A DNA stretch of 63,521 nucleotides, counting the filler, from Octopus bimaculoides (taxonomy: Eukaryota), in the NCBI RefSeq assembly GCF_001194135.2. It is 4 parts of 3 records of this genome, joined end to end, with 100 filler letters (N's around TTAATTAATTAA, not from the genome) between each part and the next. Parts side by side here need not be neighbours in the genome. Positions count along the whole stretch, not along the records: positions 1 to 29,222 come from NC_068995.1; positions 29,323 to 44,206 come from NC_068983.1; 2 more parts are not named here. The stretch is one strand, 5' to 3'. The notes beneath the pieces are model-generated. The model was not told the origin of the DNA and made no database searches. It worked only from the letters and a program-made list of their open reading frames with translations. Shown here in pieces: positions 25,173-34,898 of the stretch. Within the stretch, counting starts at the first letter, position 1, and the number at the start of each line of letters is the position of its first letter. The position numbers and the translations under genes were made by a program.

Positions 25173-25590
25173 TGGGGTTAAACTAGTAGTAACATTCATC
25201 AGCCAATTTGATGTGACGACTGACTTTACTGTTCAGTATAGTTTCTACTCCGGTCTCTTCGTGAGGTTTCACAACTAGCTATATTGTTTGTTGCAAATCA
25301 GTGACCGATGGTCACTTTGTTTACAATATATCGTTAGCGTTAGCGGACTCTGGCTATCGCTTTGGCGGAGGTACTCCCGACTGAGGAGTGGCCAAATAGC
25401 TCGAAACTGAGTCAGTCTCGCGACCCTGATACCCGCTAGAGAGTGATAGAGGTTCGCTCCCCCTGCTAACAATATATTGATTGTATATAAGAGGTGCAGA
25501 GTTGCGCCGATAACCAGCAGGCGGAGAATCTGCTTGGGGTTAAATTGGTAGTAACCTTCAACAGCCACTTTGATGTGGCAACTGGCTTTA

Positions 25591-25594
<4 letters not shown>
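25169..25594 (+). mobile_element. Hammerhead-containing retrozyme-like or Penelope-pLTR-like element (362-nt unit plus about 60-nt terminal redundancy)
   Basis: Direct repeats 25173-25232 and 25535-25594 (52/60 identical by hand, period 362) enclose the hammerhead. Flanked on both sides by (TA)n. No recognisable coding capacity. Confidence 0.7.
25371..25427 (+). ncRNA. Extended type I hammerhead ribozyme
   Basis: CTGAGGA (25381-87), stem II G88-C02 with loop CAAATA, GAAA (25403-06), 4-bp stem III (ACTG/CAGT, loop AGT), GTC cleavage triplet (25415-17), stem I TCCCGA/TCGCGA (5 of 6 paired) preceded by GTAC. Confidence 0.88.
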
Positions 25595-25631
<37 letters not shown>

Positions 25632-25634
<3 letters not shown>

Positions 25635-25870
25635 CTTTATTGCCCACAGGAGGCTAAATACAGAGGGGACAAACAAGGACTGACAAAGGGATTAAGTCGA
25701 TTACATCGACCCCAGTGCGTAACAGGTACTCATTTAATCGACCCTGAAAGGATGAAAGGCAAAGTCGACCTCGGTGGTATTTGAACTCAGAACGTAACGG
25801 CAGACGAAATACCGCTAAGCATTTCGCCCGGCGTGCTAACGATTCTGCCAGCCCTATGCCAGCTCGCCGC
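25632..25870 (-). mobile_element. SINE family A with a third 3' tail type
   Basis: Standard head and body; 3' end ...gtcccctctgtatttagcctcctgtgggcaataaagaaa followed by (TA)n. Confidence 0.88.
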
Positions 25871-25887
25871 CCTATGCCAGCTCGCCG

Positions 25888-26900
25888 GTTGAGTAAAAGT
25901 AAGTAACGCTTTGAAACATGAAGAATTTATATCGGATTTTTGCAGAGTTTCGAAATGATTTTAAACATTTTTTTGCAATTGTCTTATAATACAGACATAC
26001 ACTTACCCAAATGCATCAACAAATGAGCATTGATCTTTTATTCACCGCTGTTACAATCATCTGAAATGGAACTCTCAAAGCGCGATATTCGAGCAATTTT
26101 GCTATTCAACTTTTAAAAAGGTTGTGAAGCCGCTGAAACTGCTCGCGATATCAACGAAACGTTTGGTGAGGAAATGGCTAGTGAGTGGTCAGCTCGAAAA
26201 TGGTTTAAACGATTTCGCAGTAGAGACCTGAGCCTTGAAGATTGTGAGCATAGTGGACCTCCATCTGTCATCGGTGACGGTCAATTAAAGGCCGTCACTG
26301 AGAAAAGATCCACGTAAAACCACTCGAGAACTAACAAAAGAACTTCAAGTTAGCCCAGAAAACTGCTTGCAACCATTCGCATGTGATCGGAAAATTTAAA
26401 ATCCCGACAAATGGGTACCACTCTATTTGAATGAAAATCAGAAAATGCGCAGATATGAAATTTTCTCGTCGCTTTTCCGTAACCAGACTGATCCATTTCT
26501 CGACCGTAATGTAAGTTGTGATGAAAAATGGATTCTGTACAATAATAAAAAGGTTCTTCGCAGTGGTTGGACCTAAATGAAGCACCGAAAACCTTCCCTA
26601 AACCTGAGATTTACAAAAAGAAACCTAAATGAAGCACCGAAAACCTTCCCTAAACCCGAGATTTACAAAAAGAAAGTTATGGTGCCTGTTTGGTGGTGCA
26701 CTGCTGGACTCATCCACTATAACTTCTTAAAACCCGGAAAAACCATTACTGCAGAAACATATTGCCATGAAATTGGCAAAATGAACGAAAAACTGCTACT
26801 TCTCCGTCCCAGACAAGTCAATACAAGAAAGCCAATCATTTTTCATGACAATGCTCGACCACACGCTTCACTAATAATGCTGAAGAAGTTGAGGGGACAT
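25888..26900 (+). mobile_element. mariner (Mos1/Hsmar-like) transposon, 3'-truncated pseudogene
   Basis: ATG at 26066: MELSKRDIRAIL...AAETARDINETFG...WFKRFRS, DEKWILYNN, KKVMVPVWW and FHDNARPH, with frameshifts. Confidence 0.9.
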
Positions 26901-27327
26901 AAGTATCGTATGATAATATTCATGACCATATCTAGCCATGATCTGTCAACTCACTCTTGTTCTTTATTCAAAATAGACATAGTCTTCTAGTCTCAGATTT
27001 AATAGATGACACGGAGAGAAATAAATTAGAAATGAATTACAACACATACAACCCTATGACCCCCACTATGCTCCATGCGATTCTAAGAAATTGCAGTCTA
27101 TTCTAAGCCTAGTGGATTAGCTACAATAGCGATAACATGAATTTCTTCCATCTTCTTAGTCTGTTAAAATATTTCAGAAAAATTATTTTAATGTGTCCTA
27201 CTTGTTAAAAAATTCTATATTTTGCGCTGCATTTAAATTGATGTAATGATTGCATTGTTCAATTAAATGGAGCCGCTTGAAACGGTCGTACTCATTACTA
27301 CTTGCTATTCTTTTGCTTATTTTGACA

Positions 27328-27385
<58 letters not shown>

Positions 27386-27490
27386 CACATATATACACAC
27401 ACACATGCACCACACATACACACACACAGACTCTCTCACTCTCTTCCACTCTCTCCCTCTCTCTTTCACATACACACACATACATACATA

Positions 27491-28049
27491 CAGGGTGTTT
27501 CGGCTAGATTTGATGGGCATAAAAGGAAAAGAAAACGCAATATTCCATCCAACTTAAAAGTATTTTAAAAGCTCAAAACGTATGGCTGTGAGATAACAGC
27601 TTACTCAAAGCAGCCAGCCTCAGCTTCCACCATAGTTTTAAGACGGCTCCGAAACCTGGTGCGTGCGTTCCCTACTGTGTCCCTGGAAAGATCATTGAAT
27701 ATCTCCGTGATTTTGGCCACTAGCTTGGCCTTGGTGTTGTGGGCAGAGTGGTTGATGTCTTTCTCAACCGCACCCCACACATAGTAATCTAAGGGATTGC
27801 AATCGGGGGAATTTGGGAGGCCAAAAATTGGGACAACTACTTCTGACTCTTTCCGGAGGTGTGATAAGGAGCCAAATTCTGCAGCCACATATACAGCCTT
27901 CCTGCAGCAACCCTCTCAAGACAGGGATTGAACACAGTCTCCAGTATGGCTGTTGAAATTGAGCCTAAGGCCTTGTTCAAAGGTGTGGGGTGGCAGGACC
28001 TCACTCTCACTGCACACACGAACGCGCACGCGCATACACTCACTCTCTA

Positions 28050-28089
<40 letters not shown>

Positions 28090-28734
28090 GAAGACCATCA
28101 TAGTTTGGGTTAACTTGTTTCCATGATACGTGAGAAATCACAAGGAATGTAGGTAAGCTACCTGTTGTACTGAGTGCTGTGGAACTTGCCCCGGCTCAAC
28201 GGGATGTTTCAGCTTGTTCAATAGCTTCTTTGTCTACGTCAAGCGGCTCTCCGTGATCTTGGCTGTCAAAATTTGTCCCTTGCACCTCTTATACGAGTGG
28301 CAACGAAGGTTGTCATGCTGGCGACTCCATCCAAAGCCTGGATTCTCTTGTTTGGATCTTCCATCATTTTGTCCTGCAGTTGTTGGGTGAATTTCGGTGC
28401 GCCAACGGGGTCAAAATCTCTACTGTGTTCCTTCCCGCTGATCGTAGCTTCGTAGTCTACGTTGCAGCTGCCCATGTCACGTTTTACAACCTTTACAATG
28501 TCCATAGAGCATTGAGTAGCAGTCATGATATTGGTATTTTTATATCCAGTGTGAAACATGATCCAGGTAACACTTTTCCAATATTGAGATGGGTCCATTT
28601 CTCCGTGTCAGCTAACCTTTTCTCAACTATGAATTTAATCTTTATGTTCTTCAACGCTGTTTACTGTTCACGAATACATTAAGCTGTTCTTCAAAAAAGA
28701 GGCATTGAGTCGTCAAATTTAGCCCGAACACTGG
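27491..28734 (-). mobile_element. maT/DD37D-like Tc1-mariner transposon, internally deleted
   Basis: Imperfect TIRs TA|cagggtgtttcggctagatttgatg (27491) and cgtcaaatttagcccgaacactg (28711-28733). Minus strand gives PNSPDCNPLDYYVWGAVEK...RFRSRLKTMVEAEAGCFE* and N-terminal KEHSRD...EDPNK. The DD37D assignment is from motif resemblance only. Confidence 0.8.
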
Positions 28735-28741
28735 ATATATA

Positions 28742-28920
28742 CGGTGGGCTTCTTTCAGTCTCCGTCTACCAAATCCACTAACAAGGCCTTAGTTGGCCTA
28801 GGGCTATAGAATAAGACACTTGTCCAAGTTATTAAACAGTACGACAGAATCCGGAAGCATGTGGTTGGGAAGCAAGCTTCTTACCACGTATCAACGCCCT
28901 GTGCCTGCACTCACCCACGA
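28742..28920 (-). mobile_element. SINE family B, 5' half
   Basis: Reverse complement contains ttggacaagtgtcttattctatagccc...ggatttggtagacggagactgaaagaagccc. Confidence 0.7.
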
Positions 28921-29222
28921 TATATATATATATATATATATAGATTCAAGGCTTGAATATGGTACTTATGCGAAGGCACCCGAATTTCACATCCCAAAAG
29001 GATGGGTGATTAAAATCAAATAATAAGCAACACGGATTTCAAAAGTGATTGCAGTACGCACGTTTCATGCTACTTCAATTTATTTAAGTAATGTGAGCAT
29101 TACCTTAAATGCAATATGAAGAGCAATCTTCAGCTGCACGAAAAAATGTAGAAAAAAAGACATATTACAAATGTGGCAACATATTAAAACCAAGTGGGAG
29201 AGAGCAGAGGAAGAATATATAA

Positions 29223-29322
29223 NNNNNNNNNNNNNNNNNNNNNNNNNNNNNNNNNNNNNNNNNNNNTTAATTAATTAANNNNNNNNNNNNNNNNNNNNNN
29301 NNNNNNNNNNNNNNNNNNNNNN
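29223..29322. other. Scaffold-join linker N44-TTAATTAATTAA-N44
   Basis: Identical 100-bp construct occurs three times; the 12-mer has stops in all six frames. Confidence 0.92.
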
Positions 29323-29762
29323 TGTGTGTGTGTGTGTGTGTGTGTATACATATATATAAACATATATCTTCTCGAAACGGCCGTCAAACTTTGCGCCTGC
29401 TCAAGATTCCTTTTAAAATCATTTTATACCAACTTTCTCATCTATTTAGATTGCCGCTATAGATTCACCATCTGCATATTTTAATGTCCTCGTTGATTTT
29501 AATACAGACATACAACCTCGCAAGTACATCTATGTATTTTTATATATTTATATATTTATAAATTTTTATATTATATCTTGTATATTTGAATGCACCTACG
29601 TATATTGTGGAACATTCCGACACTTTGAAATATATTGAGTGAATATGAACACTGACCGTTGAAATTTGTACTCGCTTTCTTGGTTTTATATTCCCGAGGC
29701 TCTATGAAAGCGCTAATTAGTTGTGCTGTATAAGGAGATAATTATCCCATTTATTTCTTCAT

Positions 29763-29798
<36 letters not shown>

Positions 29799-29804
<6 letters not shown>

Positions 29805-30123
29805 ATATGTTACATATTTATTGTATCATACCATGATACTGTGTGGACTAAGATCCCTGTTGACAGGCCTCTGGTATTTATACAGTGTTAAACACTTTCG
29901 GTGCGCAAGTTAGGGACTCCTTCATAGAGTAACTGCTGCATTTGTTGAGTATATATAGTTTGGCTGCTTAATTCTCCTGAGAATGTCAGAATGATTTACA
30001 CGCCTCTGATGAGAACCCAATAAGTTTCGAAAACCGATTAAGGTTGTTCATCATTTTTTTTTCAGTCTGTTAGAAATGGCTAAAATGTTTGCCCTGTTTG
30101 TAATTATACCATGTGTTACATAT
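29799..30123 (+). mobile_element. Second retrozyme/pLTR-like unit (about 306 nt plus short terminal redundancy)
   Basis: TATACCAT(A/G)TGTTACATAT repeated at 29799-29817 and 30105-30123 (18/19), bracketing the hammerhead. Left end abuts a (TA)n tract. The repeat is AT-rich, so support is weaker than for the first element. Confidence 0.45.
29990..30055 (+). ncRNA. Second type I hammerhead ribozyme (slightly decayed)
   Basis: CTGATGA (30006-12), stem II GAAC/GTTTC with loop CCAATAA, GAAA (30029-32), short stem III AA-CCGA-TT, TTA cleavage triplet (30038-40). Stem I ACGCCT/AGGTTGT, then internal loop TTAC/TC and distal helix AATGAT/ATCATT. Confidence 0.68.
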
Positions 30124-30149
30124 ATATTCTTGTAATTGTTTCACCATTT

Positions 30150-30309
30150 GACTGCTGCCGAGCCGGTTTTAGTCGAAGAAATTGACTCCAGGACTTATTT
30201 ATCTAAAGGCTAGTAATACTCTATCGGTCACTTTTCGCTAGGTTACGGAAACGTAAACACACTAACATTGGTTGTCGAGCGATGGTAAGGGGACAAATAC
30301 AAAAGCAAA

Positions 30310-30362
<53 letters not shown>

Positions 30363-30460
30363 TTTCAGTTTCTGTCTACCAAATCCACTCACAAGGCAAT
30401 AATAGAAGACACTTACCAAAGGTTCAACGCAGTGGGACTGAACAGGGGACAAGAACAGGA
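30150..30460 (-). mobile_element. SINE family B with internal (TG)n
   Basis: Reverse complement of the family B unit, including aagtgtcttc...tggatttggtagacagaaactga-(TG)n-tttgtcccc. Confidence 0.7.
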
Positions 30461-30499
30461 GTAAACTGCTGATTCCACCAGTAAAACACGCTCGTTGTA

Positions 30500-30900
30500 T
30501 TCGGTAGGACTCAAATGAATTCGGCAGGATTCGGTTGGACTTGGCAGAACAGGAGAGAAGGAATTCGTGATGGTGTTATATTATACACCCGGAAAGATGT
30601 CACGCCTGTAGTTTGGCTGTCGCACTCAAACTCAACTTGCTGCACTCTGGTAGCACACGTCAAACGAATCAAAGTGGTAAAACGTACTATATGTTGCTCA
30701 CCAGATCCTCCAAATCCTGAGCACTCATTCGAGGAGTTGCACTCCGCTGTAAGTCGTTGTGAATCAGAGATGTTTTCCTTTGAAACTTCCCTTTAGAACT
30801 CAGGCTCGGAAATTTGCATGCTAGCACTTGCTCCCATCTGAATCAGCTTCCCTGATTTCACATCTCCACACCTTTGCAGGTTCTATCCTTTTCAATCATC
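30500..30900 (+). mobile_element. CR1/L2-like LINE APE endonuclease fragment
   Basis: NRREGIRDGVILYTRK...SNSTCCTLVAHVK...ICCSP resembles the R...GGV.LY and IYRPP motifs of APE domains. Confidence 0.55.
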
Positions 30901-31504
30901 GTTTAGCGTATATGACAAAATGGAAAATAATAATTATCAGCGACGGAAGTAGTAGTAGCGCCAATAGGCAATCTTTATGCCCAACTTAACGTAAATGTCT
31001 TGTTAGAAAACTGAATTCAACGTTATAAGCCTTGAGACATCCTTTCATATTCGCACTGAAACATATCTATGGAAAGTTGAATTTAAAGATTTCCATTTGG
31101 CATTAAAAATACCTCCGTCGATAATAATTAATTTTTAATAAGTCTGCTCACTATTTGCGACATCAATGTCTGAAAAGATGATTTCCAGTATTCCAACGCC
31201 CATAACTGACGTTTCTCGTCAGCTACGATCTAAGTGTGTGCGTTTATGCACGAAGTGCCTATAAGAGAGGATCTCTCGAGGCAAATAACACAGTAGTTGG
31301 TGTTCTGTATATATTCATATATATTATATATATATGTATGTATATGTTTGTGTGTATATGTGTATGTATATATGTAGATATATATGTAAATGTATATATA
31401 TATATGTATATGCATTTATATTTATATATATATATATATATAATAGGCATACATAAATTCATACACAAGTATATAAATATATATGTATATATATATACAT
31501 ATGA

Positions 31505-31542
<38 letters not shown>

Positions 31543-31610
31543 GTGTGTATACAAATATACATATGTGTATATATATAAATATATATATATTATATATNNN
31601 NNNNNNNTAT

Positions 31611-31644
<34 letters not shown>

Positions 31645-32509
31645 ATATATGCTTGAGTGTGCATGTATGGCTGTGTATATGTGTTAGTGTATCCACGCAC
31701 CGATATGTATGTGTAGATGTTTACATACATATATGTCTATACTCGCATATACACTCATACGCATATTCGCATAAACACACACACATAAAGAACCGCTCTT
31801 CAGAAAACAGAATACTCGTTAAAATGATGTACTGAGGGGCGTTAGTGAGCATATCAATTTGTTGAAGAGAGCACTAATTTGAGAAAATAATTCGTAAGTT
31901 TACTTCTTTCTTGTTTGCATTCTCTTATTTCTAAAAAAAAAAAAATAAATAATAATAATAAAATAGTACAGCAACATCAAATAATGAAACTATAAGAATA
32001 ATAATAAAAAAAAAATACTTCGAAAACCATGTCTACTGTAGGAAGAACTATTACAAAATTGACAACGAAAAGAACAACAAGAACACTCGGAAAAGTTGTA
32101 ATGAAAGAGCAACGGTAGAAGTAGGATTGATCAGAAACATAAGAAAAAATAAATTTAATAAGAAATCTAAACATACAAGAAGTTCCAAATAGTGACGTCA
32201 TGTCATTACACGTGTATAGGAAAGCTTGTCATCTTTTCTCCGTGTAACCCGAACACATAACACAATATTTCATACACCCATACATCCACACAACCACAAA
32301 CATACATGCATAAATTGTGCGCGTTGTATATTATATGTTTATGCAATTGTGTCTGTACACATACATACATAAATACATACATGCATGCATACATATAAAT
32401 ATATATGCTTGTATATATATATATATATATATACATCCATAAGTATATATACATATACATGTACATTTTATACATATGTATAGAGACAGACAAATGAATA
32501 AATAGATAT

Positions 32510-32547
<38 letters not shown>

Positions 32548-32735
32548 TGATAGATAGATAGATAGATTGATAGATAGATAGATAGATAGATAGAGAGAGA
32601 GATAGATAGATCACATATACTTGTGTAAAGATACACATGCAAATAAATAGATGAGGAGAAATGAACAGACATATATTATACAAACATCTACACACACACA
32701 GACACACGCATACGCAGAAAGAAACACACACATAA

Positions 32736-32803
<68 letters not shown>

Positions 32804-33883
32804 GTGTGTGTGTGTACGCACACGTTTGAATATATGTCCATATAATTATATACATGTAGATACATAGATGCGGTCTTATAAGCATAAATGTCTACCTTTT
32901 TTTTCGTTGATATGAGTGCGCGAGCGGGTCTGTGGTGAGAGTAGGATATGTGTATGTTTGTGTTTATAAATGATGTTCTATATTTTGAAAAGAAGAAGAC
33001 AGATGATGTAGCCCTTCTAATTAAGTATTTTCCACCCTTGGGAAATAAACATTTTGAATAGCAATGATTTTGCTATCCATTTTGCGTCAACAATACGAAA
33101 CTTTGAAGTTTAGTCTTTTTCTGTGTCTGCATGTATGTGTTGTAATTTATAACGATGTAGGTTCGCACTCAGACACATGTATAAATGAACAACAAGATAT
33201 ATGCGCATACACAAACACATACTTTCCAACATATATACGTATTTAATCGTTCACAATGATATCTATATCTCCTACTGTTCATATTCCCCTACACTCACAC
33301 ACACTCATATATATATATATATATANNNNNNNNNNNNNNNNNNNNNNNNNNNNNNNNNNNNNNNNNNNNNNNNNNNNNNNNNNNNNNNNNNNNNNNNNNN
33401 NNNNNNNNNNNNNNNNNNNNNNNNNNNNNNNNNNNNNNNNNNNNNNNNNNNNNNNNNNNNNNNNNNNNNNNNNNNNNNNNNNNNNNNNNNNNNNNNNNNN
33501 NNNNNNNNNNNNNNNNNNNNNNNNNNNNNNNNNNNNNNNNNNNNNNNNNNNNNNNNNNNNNNNNNNNNNNNNNNNNNNNNNNNNNNNNNNNNNNNNNNNN
33601 NNNNNNNNNNNNNNNNNNNNNNNNNNNNNNNNNNNNNNNNNNNNNNNNNNNNNNNNNNNNNNNNNNNNNNNNNNNNNNNNNNNNNNNNNNNNNNNNNNNN
33701 NNNNNNNNNNNNNNNNNNNNNNNNNNNNNNNNNNNNNNNNNNNNNNNNNNNNNNNNNNNNNNNNNNNNNNNNNNNNNNNNNNNNNNNNNNNNNNNNNNNN
33801 NNNNNNNNNNNNNNNNNNNNNNNNNNNNNNNNNNNNNNNNNNNNNNNNNNNNNNNNNNNNNNNNNNNNNNNNNNNNNNNNNNN

Positions 33884-33943
<60 letters not shown>

Positions 33944-33944
33944 T

Positions 33945-34060
33945 AACGACCCTGAAAAGATATAAAGTCGATCTCGGTGGAATTATAACTGAGAACCTGA
34001 CGACTAGCGAAATATTGCTAAACATTTCGCTCGGTATGCTAACACTTCTACCAGCTCGCC
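33945..34060 (-). mobile_element. SINE family A, degenerate
   Basis: accctgaaaagatataaagtcgatctcggtggaatt...ccagctcgcc. Confidence 0.65.
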
Positions 34061-34859
34061 ACATTCGAAGCAAATAATTTATCGCAAACATGTAAAGTGT
34101 ACGTTTGAGATACCCTTAGCTCCCTCCTCTCTCCCACTCCCACCCATCCTGGATTCTTCTATTATTCCAGACTCCGTTTTCATACCTGTCTGTTTATCAC
34201 AAACACCACCAACACCAACACACTCACTGGAACCAAACATTACACCATCCACATAAGAGGCTCTTTCTGTTGTATCTCTCCTAGCATCATTTTGAACTCA
34301 AATGCACCTTTCCGACTCTTTATAAGTTGATCACTACAGTCTACCCGCCGTCTAGCTGAGAGACATACTGTTCTAAAAAAAAATATCGCAGAAGAATCCG
34401 TTTGAACGGACAGCCATGCTGCAGTGGCTATGAATATTACTTGATAGTACAACTACTGCGTTCATCTCTCAGATTTTAAAACTAGCATTTTTGCTAATAT
34501 ATATATACTAATACATCCATTTGTTCTCTACACCACCTGTCTTCGTCTGTTGATTTTTCGTGAATTCTCCGTATATATATGTATATATATANNNNNNNNN
34601 NNNNNNNNNNNNNNNNNNNNNNNNNNNNNNNNNNNNNNNNNNNNNNNNNNNNNNNNNNNNNNNNNNNNNNNNNNNNNNNNNNNNNNNNNNNNNNNNNNNN
34701 NNNNNNNNNNNNNNNNNNNNNNNNNNNNNNNNNNNNNNNNNNNNNNNNNNNNNNNNNNNNNNNNNNNNNNNNNNNNNNNNNNNNNNNNNNNNNNNTATAT
34801 ATATGCGCATATGTACGTGCATATATAAATCAGGAATCTTGTAACACAAATTCATAAAC

Positions 34860-34898
<39 letters not shown>

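Noticed and set aside
29267-29278. TTAATTAATTAA islands inside gaps as a biological repeat
   Set aside because: Identical N44 flanks at three sites and stops in six frames identify it as an assembly linker.
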